Positions 1 through 13,781 of a DNA stretch of 64,000 nt are shown in pieces. This DNA comes from Anaeramoeba ignava BMAN (Eukaryota > Protista > Anaeramoebae). Under the pieces are notes generated by a model, which searched no databases, was not told the DNA's origin, and saw only the letters and a list, made by a program, of their open reading frames with translations. Each line of letters begins with the position of its first letter. Within the stretch, counting starts at the first letter, position 1. The stretch is taken from positions 62,001-126,000 of the forward strand of contig JAPDFW010000079.1 of the NCBI GenBank assembly GCA_028826165.1. The letters are read 5' to 3'. The position numbers and the translations under genes were made by a program.

Positions 1-1770
1 TTTGATTTTTTAAATTTTGATTTTCATTTTCATTTTGATTTTGATTTTGATTTAAATTTTCATTTTGATTTTGATTTTGATTTTCATTTAAATTTTCATT
101 TTGATTTTTTTCAGAAACCCAACTTAATTTTAATTCATGAACATCTTTAAATAATCCTGGTTCATTAAATGCTAATTCAGCTACTCTTCTATTTGAAAAA
201 TGAAGAATAAATTCATTTTCATTTGAAATTTCAATTTTTAATTTTGGATCAAAATAAATAAAATGAGCCAAAATTTCTTGTTTTAATTGCTCTCTATTAT
301 TTTCCTTTTCAAAATCGCCAATATTTTCAATCAATAAAGGATTTGGGTCTGTTATCAACACTGAGTAATTCTTTTCTGTTTATAAAATTTCTTTGAGATT
401 CTGTTTGTGAGAATTTTCTTCTTTGAATTGTTGATTTTTGAAAATAATTCAAAAGTTTTTGGAAAATTATCAATTGATTTTGGAAATAAATTAAATTTTG
501 TTCTTCTTTTGGTTCTTCATTTTTTGCTGTTATTTTTTGCTCATTTTGAGGGTTTTATTTGCTTTTTTTGTCCAGTTTCATTTCCATCATCTTCCAAAAT
601 GGGTTTTATAAATTGAATAATTAAATTCAAGTTTTTTTTCAACTTTAATTTTTGTTGGATTTTTTCTTCTGAAATATTTTGGAGTTGAGCTAATAATAAT
701 TGGTATTTTTTAAGATATTTCTGAACAAATTTAATTTTTTCCATGCGAATTAAAAAGAATCTTTTTTCTGATTCAATTGAATTTTCTTCATTTTCATTTT
801 CATTTTCATTTTGATTTAAATTTTCATTTTGATTTTGATTTTGATTTTCATTTTCATTTTGATTTGGATTTTCAGAAGAAATATTAGAAGAATTCCAAAA
901 TAACTTGATAAATCGATTTCCTCCAATTGCTTTTTCAGAATGAAAAGCTTTTTCTGCTTCTTGACGAGTCGAGAACTCAACAAGAGCCGAATCGTCTTCT
1001 TGGTGAATTTGAATACTCTCTATTTTTCCAAATTGAATAAAATGTTTCTGAAGAAAATGTTGATTATTAATTTTCTTTCTGATATTTTTCACCAACAAGC
1101 ATTTAATGGTTGGATCAAATTTTGGGTTCTTTTTTGATTTATAACTTCGATGTAAATTGTTTGTTGAAGAAAACCCAACGGGGAAAGGTTGGTTGTTACT
1201 ATTTTCAAATTTGTTATTTTTTTTATTCGTTTTATTTTGATTTATGTTTTTTTCCTCCTTATTTTTTTTTTGATTGGAAAATTCGCCGTTAGGATTGACA
1301 TTTGGAAACTGAAGATTAAATAAAGATGGTGGATACATTGGGAGATGTTCTTGTGGCGGGATCATTTTGTTATATGGGAATGGTGGCATTGGAGGAATAA
1401 AAGGAGGTATGCTTTGATTTTGTGAAACTTGAAATTGGCCTATTTTGGGATCAATAAAATTCGGGAATTGTAACGGAAAAGGAAATGGATTTTGCACCCG
1501 ATTTTTTTGTCTTCTTGACTTAGTTGTGTTGAGATGCCCCGCAATATCATCATTGTCCTTCTTGTGCTTTCTGTGTCTGCTAGAGTGAGTTGAATACTCG
1601 TTATAATTGCTTTTTGATTCTTGTTTTTTTGATTTTGTTTCATTTGTTAAGTGCTTTCTATCTCTGTCTTGTAATCTGAGATCTGCTTCATTATCTGAGG
1701 ATCCTTCAGATTCTATTATTTCAGTTTCTGAATTTGAAGTTATAATTTTTGATGAATTTTTTTGATTCAT
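1..1770 (-). CDS. RBM26/RBM27-like RNA-binding protein (two RRMs); runs off the left window edge
   Basis: ORF 541-1770 contains an RRM ending AIGGNRFIKLFWN, typical of RBM26/27, then a coiled coil. After two apparent +1 frameshifts (~545 and ~338) it continues as SVDNRPKS-LLIENIG...ILHFSNRRVAELAF...LKLSW (second RRM) and then NQ repeats. No PWI domain or CCCH finger is visible. Confidence 0.7.
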
Positions 1771-1781
1771 TTTATTTTTTT

Positions 1782-1810
1782 AAAAATGAAAAAAATGAAA
1801 AAAATGAAAA
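1782..1810 (-). promoter_or_regulatory. Tandem TTTTCATTTT Initiator-like motif upstream of the RBM26-like ATG
   Basis: Three TCATTT copies lie within ~40 nt of the start codon. The same motif recurs before most genes in the window. Confidence 0.45.
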
Positions 1811-2025
1811 AAAAAATTTTTTAATTAATTTTTTTTTTTTAATTAATTAATTTGAATTGATCAACATTTTTTATTCCACTTTTCAATTTTGAAATAAATT
1901 TATAAAAATTTTCTTTTCTTGTTTCTTTTCAATTTTGAAATAATTTATAAAAAATTTCCTTTCTTGTTTTCTTTTCAATTTTGAAATAAATAATTTATAG
2001 AAAAAAATTTCTTTTCTTTTTTTTG

Positions 2026-3787
2026 TTAAATTTTAAGCCAAAATTTGAAAGATTGAATCGATTTCAATAAAGAAAGTCCAAATCCAATCAAACCTAAAAA
2101 AATCAAAAAAGAAAACAAAATCCATAAAGGAATAAACACAGAAGAAAGAGAAATAGAAGATCCATCTAAATAGAGATTAAGTAAAATTTGGAAAATTATC
2201 AACGGCAAAAATAAGCAAAAAAAACCGAAAGAAAGCAAAAAAAAATCAGAAGAAATTCCTCTAAAAAAACCTCTTATTAAACCAAGAATTGGAATTGAAT
2301 ATAAAATATAAAGAGGACTAAAAACCTTTGCATAATTCCAATTTGAAGAATGGTTCAATTTGGCAGCAAGAAAATAAAGGAAGAGATTAAGAAGAACAAC
2401 CCAAATAAATTCGAAAAAAAAGTTCAAACAAGAAAAACGACCAGAAAAACCGCCGTCACACTGAACACCCAAAAACCCCAAAACCATCAATCCCCAAAAG
2501 ACGAAAAAGGGGGAAAAAACAGTGAACCAATTTGATGAAATTTTGGCGTCCATTTTCAATCCAATCAAGGCAAATTGCAGTCCAAATCCCCAAACAAATA
2601 TTGCCCAAGTAATGGATATTCCACATTCATCTGATCTTGTTGATGTGCGATTTGGGTTATCCAAAACTCCAAAAAGAAGCACTAACAAGCCAACTATTCC
2701 CAACGGAATCCATGATGACATAAAAATACTTCCATAACTAATACTAAATTGATAATGTATCTTTAAATATATCATTATCACTGATATGCATAATCCAACT
2801 ATCCAAAGTGATGTAAATGATAATGCTGAAAATCCAAGTGAATCTTCTATTTTTGTGAATTTCAATCTTCTTCTCTCCAAATTTTGCTGCTCGTTTTCTT
2901 CCGCTTTTTTCGCCTCCATTTGCGGTTTTAATTCCTTGATTTTCTTCAAAAATTTCTTTTTTGGATTCGAAATATGATCCAAATATTCGTTGATCGTTTT
3001 TTCTTCATTGATTTCAACTGCAACTGTTTTTCCATCAATTAAAGTTGTTGTTCCATCATCGTTATTATTCGTTCCTTTCGGCAAAAATACCGAAAAGAAT
3101 CCTCCTCGTTGATTTTTTTGTCTTGGATTTTCTTCATTTTCTTCATATTTTTTTTGTTGATCTTTTTTCTCTTCTTCTTTGTGATTTAAATTGGAATTGA
3201 AATAAAGATCAGCGTTTAAAGATTGGCTTAAATTTTGGTCAAAAGCATTGATTTCATCTGCAAAATTTGCATTTTTTCTTGATTTTAATTCAATTTCATT
3301 AGAATTCTTCAATATTTTATTTTGGATTTTTTTGATTTTTTCTTTTAAATTTGTTTGAAAACCAATAACTTCATATTGATAAACTTCATCCAATAAAACC
3401 ATTTTAACTTGAATTGGATCACAAACAAAAAGTTGATTAAATTGTTTTGAAATATTTCTCCAAAGAGAATCATCGTTTGAAATATCATAAAAAGCTGAAC
3501 AAACTTGTCCAAAAAGAAGTACTTCAACTGGTGAAAGATAATTTGCAATTGAATAAATAACTTTTTTATAAAAATTTCAATTTAAAATTTTCAATTCAAA
3601 ATTTTTTATTTTATTTTTTACTTTCTTCAGGTAATTTTGAAATTAAATTTTCTTCTTCATTTGGTGGATTTTGTGTTTTTTCTGTTGTTTCTTGTTTTGC
3701 ACTATAAAATATTGAATTATAAAAATTATCTGTTATTTGAACAACTCCTTTATTTTCAAAAATTATATAAGGAAGTTTATTTTGCAT
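2026..3787 (-). CDS. F-box protein with C-terminal TMEM185/FAM11-like multi-pass membrane domain; exons 3787-3622, 3560-2026
   Basis: Splicing the GT-AG intron 3621-3561 gives LISKLPEEIIYSIANYLSPVEVLLFGQVCSAFYDISNDDSLWRNI (F-box), in frame with ORF 2026-3402. The C-terminal half has repeated LKxD...W..VFxPxW/Y hairpins typical of TMEM185/Fragile-X-F. Confidence 0.75.
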
Positions 3788-3849
3788 TTATTTTTTTCAA
3801 TAAATTTAAAAAAAAAATGAAAAAAAAATTAAAAAAAAAATGAATTTTA

Positions 3850-5212
3850 AAAAATGGAATAAATTCAAAATATTTAAAAACATTAATTAAATTATTAATT
3901 CAAAATTGATAAAATATTAATAAATTAAAATCAATCCAAAAATATTTAATTAAATAATTAATAAATAATAAATAATAAATAATATTTATTTAAAAAATGA
4001 AATAAATTCAAAATATTTAAAAATATTAATTAAATTATTAATCTAAAATTAATAAAATATTAATAAATTAAAATCAATCCAAAAATATTTAATTAAATAA
4101 TAAATCAATAATAAATAATTAATAATATTTATTTAAAAAATGAAATGAATTCAAAATATTTAAAAATATTAATTAAATTATTAATCTAAAATTGATAAAA
4201 TATTAATAAATTCAAATCAATCCAAAAATATTTAATTAAATAATAAATCAATAATTATTAATAAATAATATTTATTTAAAAATGGAATAAATTCAAAAAT
4301 ATTTAAAAATATTAATTAAATTATTAATTCAAAATTGATAAAATATTAATAAATTCAAAAATCAATCCAAAAATATTTAATTAAATAATAAATCAATAAT
4401 AATTAATAAATAATATTTATTTAAAAATGAAATAAATTCAAAAATATTTAAAAATATTAATTAAATTATTAATTCAAAATTAATAAAATATTAATAAATT
4501 AAAATCAATCCAAAAATATTTAATTAAATAATAAATAATAAAATAATAAATAATATTTATTTAAAAATGAAATAAATTAAAAATATTTAAAAATATTAAT
4601 TAAATTATTAATCTAAAATTGATAAAAAAATATTAATAAATTAAAATCAATCCAAAAATATTTAATTAAATAATAAATCAATAATAAATAATAAATAATA
4701 TTTATTTAAAAATGAAATAAGTTCAAAATATTTAAAAATATTAATTAAATTATTAATCTAAAATTGATAAAATATTAATAAAAAAAAATCAATCCAAAAA
4801 TATTTAATTAAATAAATAAATATTAATTAATTAATAAATAATATTTATTTAAAAAATGAAAATAAATTCAAAATAATTTAAAAACATTAATTAAATTATT
4901 AATCCAAAATTAATAAAATATTAATAAATTAAAATCAATCCAAAAAAATATTTAATTAAATAATAAATAATTAATAATTAATAAATAATATTTATTTAAA
5001 AAATGAAATAAATTCAAAATATTTAAAAATATTAATTAAATTATTAATCTAAAATTAATAAAATATTAATAAATTAAAATCAATCCAAAAATATTTAATT
5101 AAATAATAAATCAATAATAATTAATAAATAATATTTATTTAAAAAATGAAATAAATTCAAAATATTTAAAAATATTAATTAAATTATTAATCCAAAATTG
5201 ATAAAATATTAA
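3850..5212. repeat. AT-rich tandem array, unit ~143 bp, ~9.5 copies
   Basis: The anchor TCAATCC recurs at 3931, 4074, 4217, 4362, 4505, 4647, 4789, 4935 and 5080 (spacing 142-146). Confidence 0.9.
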
Positions 5213-5351
5213 TTAAAGAAAAAAAAATAATTTTTGGTAATTATGACTAAAATTTAATAATTATTACAAATAAAAATTTTTTTTTTTTCATTTTTCTTCT
5301 TTTTATTTATAAAAAAAAAATAATAATAATAAAAAAAAGAAAATAAATAAA

Positions 5352-6385
5352 ATGCCACCAAGATTATCAAAATTTAATTCTGTTACAATTAAAACAAGAA
5401 GATTTTTAAGTAACAGACTTCTTGGAAGAAAACAAATGGTAAAACAATTTAAAATTCAATTTAAAAAACAATTAAAATTCAATTTAAAAATTAAAAAAAA
5501 TTTTTTTTTTTAAATTATTAATTCAATTTAAAAATTAGGTTGTTGATGTTATTCATCCAAACAGAGCAATAATTTCTAAAGCAGATCTTAGAAAAAAATT
5601 AGCCAAAAATTAAAAAAAATTAATTTAATTAAAATAAAAAAAAAATTAAAATTAAAATTAAAATTCAAATACAAATTAATATTAAAATTCAAATACAAAT
5701 TAATATTTAAATTAAAATCAAAAAAAAAATCAAAATTCAAATACAAATTAATATTTAAATTAAAATCAAAATTCAAATTCACATTCAATATTCAAATACA
5801 ATTCAAAATTAAAATTAAAATTAAAATTAAAATTAAAATTAAAATCAAAATCAAAATTAATATTAAAATCAAAATCAAAATCAAAAATTAATATTAAAAT
5901 TAAAATTCAAATTAATATTAAAATTAAAATTAAAATTCAAATTAAAATTAAAATTAAAAAAGATGTATAATGTTAAAGAACCAAATACAATCATTCTATT
6001 TGGATTCAAAACTGATTTTGGAGGAGGAAAAAGTTCAGGATTTGGATTGATTTATGATGATATTGATACTGTTAAAAAATTTGAACCAAAACATCGATTA
6101 ATTCCTGTAAATTTTTTAAATTGAAATTTTAAATTGATTTTTTAAATTGATTTTTTAAATTGAAATTTTAAATTAAAATTTTAAATTGAAATTTTAAATT
6201 GAAATTTTAAATTGAAATTTTAAATTGAAATTTTAAATTGAAAATTTCCTTCTTTTTAGTTAAATTTAAAAAAAAAACCAGCTTTGAATAGAAAACAAAG
6301 AAAAGAAAGAAAAAACAAAGCTAAAAAGTTCAGAGGAATTCGTAAATATGTTGGTCAAAAAAGACAACGTAAAAAGGAAGATTAA
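5352..6385 (+). CDS. RPS24: 40S ribosomal protein S24 (eS24); exons 5352-5438, 5539-~5607, 5963-6106, 6260-6385
   Basis: Spliced translation: [74 protein letters not shown]...FEPKHRL/...[16 protein letters not shown]. Intron 2 lacks a GT donor in this sequence. Confidence 0.95.
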
Positions 6386-6691
6386 ATCTGATTCAAATAA
6401 TAATGATAATAATAATTATCAATTTCCAGTTTTTTTTTACTTCTTCTTCTTTGAATTTTTGATACAAAAAAAAAACAAAAAACCATTTTAAAAACAACAA
6501 GTTTCAAGTTAAAAACTTTTTTTTTCAACAAAAACAATCCTTTTTTTCTTTTTTTTTTACTCAATTTAAATTCCAATTTTAAATTCCAATTTTAAATTTA
6601 AATTCAAACTCAAATTCAAAATAAAAGAAATTTAGAAATTCATTTTTTCATTTTTTTTTTCATTTTATTCTTTATTCAAAAAAAATTTTTC

Positions 6692-8413
6692 GTAAATTTA
6701 AACATTAAAATTTAAAACATAAATTTAAACACAAATTTAAACACAAATTTAATTATAAATTTAATTATAAATTTAAGCATAAATTTAAGCACAAATTTAA
6801 TTATAAATTTAATTATAAATTTAAACACAAATTTAATTATAAATTTAATTATAAATTTAATTATAAATATAATTATAAATTTAATTATAAATTTAATTAT
6901 AAATTTAATTATAAATATAATTTAAAATATAATTATAAATTTAATTATAAATTTAATTATAAATTTAATTATAAATATAATTATAAATTTAATTATAAAT
7001 TTAATTATAAATTTAATTATAAATTTAATTATAAATTTAATTATAAAATTTAATTATAAATATAATTTAAAATATAATTATAAATTTAATTATAAATTTA
7101 ATTATAAATTTAATTATAAATATAATTATAAATTTAATTATAAATTTAGTTATAAATTTAATTACAAATTTAATTAAATTTTTAATTATAAATTTAATTA
7201 TAAATTTAAGCATAAATTTAATTATAAATTTAAAAACAAAAAAAAAAACAAGAAATTTTAAAAACAAATTTTAAAGTTAAATTTAAAAAATAAATTTAAA
7301 CACAAATTTAAGCATAAAATTTAATTATAAATTTAAACACAAATTTAATTATAAATTTAATTATAAATTTAATTATAAATATAATTATAAATTTAATTAT
7401 AAATATAATTATAAATTTAAACACAAATTTAATTATAAATTTAAACACAAATTTAATTATAAATTTAAACACAAATTTAATTATAAATATAATTATAAAT
7501 TTAATTATAAATTTAAACACAAATTTAATTATTAATTCAAAATAAATTTATAATTATAAAATTTCATTATTAATTTTAATTATAAATTTAATTATAAATA
7601 TAATTATAAATATATAATTATAAATATAATTATAAATTTAATTATAAATATAATTATAAATTTTGAAATAAATTTAATTATAAATTTAATTATTAATTTA
7701 AAACATAAATTTAAAAACACAAATTTAAACATAAATTTAATTATAAATTTAATTATAAATTTAATTATAAATTTAATTATAAAATTAATTATAAATTTAA
7801 TTATAAAATTTAATTATAAATTTAATTATAAAATTAATTATAAAATTTAATTATAAAAATTTAATTATAAATTTAAACTACAAATTTAAACATAAATTTA
7901 ATTATAAATTTAAACACAAATTTAAACACAAATTTAATTATAAATTTAATTATAAATATAATTATAAATATAATTATAAATATAATTATAAATTTAATTA
8001 TAAATTTTTGAAATAAATTTAATTATAAATTTTGAAATAAATTTAATTATAAATTTAATTATAAATTTAATTATAAATTTAATTATAAATTTAAAACACA
8101 AATTTAAATACAAATTTAATTATAAATTTATTAATTATAAATATAATTATAAATTTAATTATAAATTTTGAAATAAATTTAATTATAAATTTTGAAATAA
8201 ATTTAATTATAAATTTTGAAATAAATTTAATTATAAATTCAAAATAAATTTAATTATAAAATTTTGAAATAAATTTAATTATAAATTTAATTATAAATTT
8301 AATTATAAATTTAATTACAAATTTAATTATAAATTTTGAAATAAATTTAATTATAAATTTAATTATTAATTCAATTATTAATTTAATTATAAATATAATT
8401 ATTTGTATTTTAG
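6692..8413 (+). repeat. (TTATAAATTTAA)n-type 12-mer array, probably a 1.7-kb 5'-UTR intron of the USP gene
   Basis: Begins GTAAAT at 6692 and ends TTTAG at 8413, 17 nt before ATG 8431. It is filled with degenerate 12-bp units. Confidence 0.65.
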
Positions 8414-8430
8414 ATAAAAAGATAAGAAAA

Positions 8431-11400
8431 ATGAACAGAAAAAAATTTATCAAATTGAAAAAATTAAAACATGAAGAAAAAGTAAAATTAGAAAATGAAA
8501 AGAAAGAACCATTAAAACTTGAAGAAAAACGATATTTAATTTCCAAATCTTGGTATGATAAATGGGAACAATTTTTGGAAAAAAGTTATTCACAAAAAAA
8601 ATTAAATCCTGGAGAAATTGATAATTCAAATTTAATTCAGAATAACAAATTAAAAAGATCTCTTAATGAAAATTTGGAATATGTAATTGTGAATGAGAAT
8701 TTATGGAAACATTTTGAATCAACGTATTTTTTCAATTATAAATTAATTTGGTTCTTTTTAGTACTTAATTTTTAATTTGGAATGTAAAAATATTATTATA
8801 TAATTAATAGATTTTCTGGAGGACCAGAAATAATAAGAAATGTTATCAAAAATTCAAATACAAATCAATTGGAAGTTGAAGTTTATCCTCTTGTTGTTGA
8901 AGTTAAATTTGAAGATCAAATCAAAAGTTTTGAAATGAGCAAAGAAAAAAAAGTTTCTGATTTAAAAGAAATAGTCGCAGAACATTTTAAAGTTAATCCT
9001 GATGAATGTTTGATTTATCTTTACAATTTAAAAAAAAATTCAATATTCAATTCAATTCAATTCAATATTCAATTCAATTCAATTCAATTCAATTCAATAT
9101 TCAATTCAATTCAATATTCAATTCAATTCAATTCAATTATTTAAATATTTAATATTCAATTCAATTCAATATTCAATATTCAAAATTCAAATTTCAATAA
9201 ATTCAATATTCAATTCAATTCATTTAAAAATTCAATATTCAATTCAAAATTCAATTAAATATTCAATATTCAATTAAAATATTCACCCAAATTCAATATT
9301 CAATTATTCAATATTTCAATTCAATATTTCAATTCAATATTTCCAAATTATTCCAAATATTCAATATTATTCAATATTCAATATCCAAAAATATTCACCT
9401 CAATTCCATTATTCAATATTCAATATTCAATATTCAATATTCAATATTCCAATATTCAATTATTCAATTCAATTCAAATTCAATTCATTCAATATTCAAT
9501 TTCAATTCAATTACCAAATTTCAATTCAATTCAATTATTCAATATTCATTTCAATTTCAATTTCAATTCCAATTCAATTTCAATTCAATTTCAATTATTC
9601 AATTATTCAATTTTATTATTCAATTAAAAATTCAATTCAATTTTCCAAATTCAATTCAATTAAAATTCAAAATTCAATTAATTCCAATATATTCGATTCA
9701 ATTCCAATTCAAATTCAATTCAATATTCAATTCAATTCGAAATTATTCAATATTCAACATTCACATTCAATATTCAAATTTCATTCCATTATTCAAATAT
9801 TCAAATATTCAATTCAAATAAAATTCACAATTAAATATTCAATATTCAATTCAAATTCAAATTCAAATTCAATATTCAATCAAATTCAAATTCAATTCCA
9901 ATATTCAATTCCATATTATTCAAAATATTCATTAAAAATTTCAATTAATATTCAATATTCAAAAATAATATTCAATTAAAATATTCAATTCAAAACCAAT
10001 ATTCATTCAATATTCAATATTCAATTCCAATTCAAAATACCCAAAATATTCAATATTCAAAAATTCAAATTACCCAATTCAATTTAATATTCAATTTAAA
10101 AATTCCAAAAATTTAATATTCACCCACCAAAAAATTCAATTCAATTCAATATTTAAATATTCAATTCAATTCAATTTAAATTAAATATTCATTTCAAATT
10201 CAAATAAATATTTCAATCAAATTCAAATATTCATTCATTATTCAATATTCAATTCAATATTCATTATTCAATATTCAATATTCATTAAATATTCAATTAA
10301 ATATTCAATATTTAATTTAAATTCAATGTTCAATTCAATTTTAATCAATTCAATTCAATATTCAATATTCAATTCAAATTAATATTCAATTCAATTCAAT
10401 TCAAATTCAATTCAATTCAATTCAATATTCAATTCAATATTCAATTCAATTTAAAATTTAAAATTTGAAAAAAAATAGATGAATTCAGTTCATATTATGA
10501 AAAAATTCAAGAAAATACCCAATTAAATCAACTACTCAAAGAAGAAAGACTCGAATTAAAACCAAAAACTAAACAAAGAGATAATTTCTCAACAGATTAT
10601 ACTTTATCAACATTAAATTTAGACATGGCATATCAACCAAATTTTGATCATCTCAATACTGGACAAACTAATTTTATGAATCCAGAATTGTCTTTTTTAG
10701 GAAATTCAAATAATTTTGAATCATTAACTTCAGAAATCAATTCAGAAATCAATTCATATTCACTAACAAACACAACAATACCCACATTCGAAACACAAAT
10801 TTCGATTGTAAGAAAACCTACTAAAGGATTTGGTTTGGTAGGTCTTGTTAATATAGGCAATAGTTGTTATATGAATTCTGGATTGCAATGCTTGTTAAAT
10901 ATTGAAATACTTAAAGATCATTTTTTGACAGGAAAATATAAAAGTGAAATCAACAAAAATAATCCCATTGGAACCTCTGGAGAAGTGACAGATGCGTTAG
11001 TGAAAATATACCAAAAAGTATTATTTTCAAATGAAATATTGAATATTGAATATTAAATTAAATATTAAATATTAAATATTAAATTAAACATTAAATATTA
11101 AATTAAATATTAAATATTAAATTAAATATTAAATATTAAATATTAAATATTAAATATTAAATATTAAATTAAATATTAAATATTAAATATTAAATATTGA
11201 AAATTAATTATTAAATATGAACATTAAATATTGAATTAAATATTAAAATTAAATATTAAATATTAAAAATTAAATATTAAATATTAAATAATTAAATATT
11301 AAAATTAAATATTGAATTAATTATTAAATATTAAATATTAAAATATTAAATTAAAAAATTAAATATTAAATATTAAAATTAAATATTAATTAAATATTAA

Positions 11401-13626
11401 ATATTAAAATTAAATATTGAATTAAATATTGAATTAAATATTAAATATTAATTATTGAATTGATTATTGGATTAAATATTAAATATTAAATATTAAATTA
11501 AATATTAAATATTAAATATTGAAAATTAAATATTAAATATTAAATATTAAATATTAAATATTAAATATTAAATATTGAATTAAATATTAAATATTGAATT
11601 AAATATTAAATATTAAATATAAAATTGAATTAAAATTGAATTGATTTAAATATTTTGCTAATTTATTCCATTTAGAGTTGGGATGCAGAAGAATCTGAAA
11701 TTGTTCCCGAAAATTTCAAAAAAACATTCGGAAAATTTTCAAGTCAATTCGCAAATAATTCACAACAAGATTGCCAGGAATTTCTCTCAGTTCTTCTTGA
11801 CAAAGTTCACGAGGATCTAAACAGAGTGAAAATCAAGCCACAAACAGAGCGAGTAGAAGGATTTGGGAAAAAAGATCAAGAAGTAGCCGATCTTTCTTGG
11901 GTTTTCTATATTCAGCGCAACGATTCCATCATTTCGGACCACTTTATAGGCCAATTCAAAAGCAAAATATATTGTCCGAAATGCAAATCAACTTCAATCA
12001 CTTTTGATCCCTTAATGTTTCTTTCTTTACCACTTCCTTCTGATGCAAATGATATTTACTATTTTTTTCAGATCCAGTTTTTTTATCAGGATCCTGACAA
12101 ATTTTCTGATACTTATTTAGTAACAAGCAAGAAACATCTTGGATTGCAAGGAATTTTTGAGAACTTATCAACTCAATCAAGAATTGATGAGAAACATATA
12201 TTATTAACTCAAGTCGAAAATGGAAAAATTACTAAAACTATCAAATCAAGTGATAACCTCCGCTTTTTGAATCACAAAGAGCTTCTTTTTGCTTTTGAAG
12301 TCAAAAAAGAAGTCCAAATTGAGCCTGATAATCCGTATTCATATTATTATGGGGATGATGATAATCTGAACCAGAATGCAAACAATAACTCAAATTCAAA
12401 AAAACAAATTGAATATTCAAATGTTCAAGTTTGTCACAAAAAATTATGTCGTGCTTCAGAATATTTTGCAGATATGATCGATGAGAAATTATTCGGAGTG
12501 CCAATGGTCATATCATTTGAAGAAGGAAAAAAATTCAATTCTCAACAAATTTACGATTATATATTGAAGTATATGAAGAAATTTTTAACAGATGAATTGA
12601 TAAAAAGCGCGAAGGAAATGATTTCGCAAAAAAATAAAAAAACACCGAAAAAAACTCAAACAGATAATTATACATCATGGAACACTGATTCACTTGGGAT
12701 TTATTCTTCTAATTATAGTTTCACTGATAATTATAACGATGTTTATTCTCTTAATTCACAAGAATCGGATGAAATTTATTCGAAATGGAAATTCAAAAAA
12801 AATGTTTTGGAACCGTATTTTAAAATTGAAGTAATTTTCCGCAATTCCCATAATATAAACTTGTCTGATAGCACTTCAAACATGAAAATTGGGAAACAAA
12901 TGCAGATCATGATCAAATGGAACCCAAATTTAACAGAAACCGTTTTGTCAGATAGCAGATTAAGATTCTCAATAATTACAAAAGAATGCGAAGATTATCA
13001 AAAAAAAATCCAAGAAGAAAACAGCATCTATTTTTCTTTATACAGCACTCACAAGCCTTCAATAACAATTGATCAATGTTTTGACAAGTTATTAGCGGAG
13101 GAAAAACTGGGCAAAACAGATATGTGGTATTGCCCCAAATGCAAGGATTTTATTCAAGCCATATAAAAAAATTGATTTGTGGAAACTTCCAAATGTTTTA
13201 ATGATTCATTTCAAAAGATTTTCTTTTGGCGAATCCGAATCTGATCAGCAAATCCCAAAGAAAATATCAACAAAAATTGATTTCCCACCCATTCTTGACT
13301 TGTCAGATCGAGTGATTAATAAAAATGTGGATTCGTTAGTTTATGAATTATTTGCCATTTCAAATCATCATGGTCAATATGGATCTGGTCATTATACTGT
13401 AACTTATTTATTTCTTTTAAAAAATAAAAAATAAAAAATTATTAATTTTTATATTTTTATTTATATTTTTATTTATTTTGATTAGGCTTATGCAAAAAAC
13501 AAAATTCTCGAAAAATGGCACTTTTTTGATGATAAACAAGTTTATGAAATTGATCAACAAGAAATTCAATCAGTTGATGATGCTTACTTACTTTTTTATC
13601 AAAAAGTTCAAAAAAAAAAAAACTAA
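8431..13626 (+). CDS. USP4/11/15-like deubiquitinase (DUSP-UBL-USP); exons 8431-8723, 8811-9007, 10479-11017, 11676-13398, 13486-13626
   Basis: DUSP (YLISKSWYDKW, PGEIDNSNL), Cys box GLVNIGNSCYMNSGLQCL, QQDCQEFL, CPKC zinc sites, His box NHHGQYGSGHYTAYAKN and WHFFDD. All introns are GT-AG. One extra base near 13164. Confidence 0.9.
9008..10478 (+). repeat. Intron filled with degenerate (AATTC/AATATTC)n
   Basis: GT at 9008, AG at 10477-10478, phase-1 join in frame. The centre looks noisy, possibly low consensus quality. Confidence 0.8.
11018..11675 (+). repeat. Intron filled with (AAATATT)n
   Basis: GT at 11018, branch-like GCTAAT near 11657, AG at 11674-11675. Confidence 0.85.
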
Positions 13627-13781
13627 AAACAATTAAAAGAAACTTCTTCTTTTTTTTTTTCTCTTTCTTTTATTATTATTATTATTATTTTGGATTTGAG
13701 TTTTTCTTTTCTTTTTTTTTCTTTTTGAAAAAATTTTCCCTAAAAAAAAAAAAATTTTTTTTCTTTTTCTTTTTTCTTTTT

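Noticed and set aside
9001-9030. Possible non-canonical or U12-type donor in the USP gene
   Set aside because: A GT at 9008 gives a phase-1 in-frame join to the exon at 10479, so it is an ordinary GT-AG intron.
13155-13180. Euplotes-style programmed +1 frameshifting at stop codons
   Set aside because: In PCF11 and the second RBM26 site the extra base lies well upstream of the stop, at a doubled or homopolymer base. In AT-rich DNA a stop follows any indel quickly, so assembly error is simpler.
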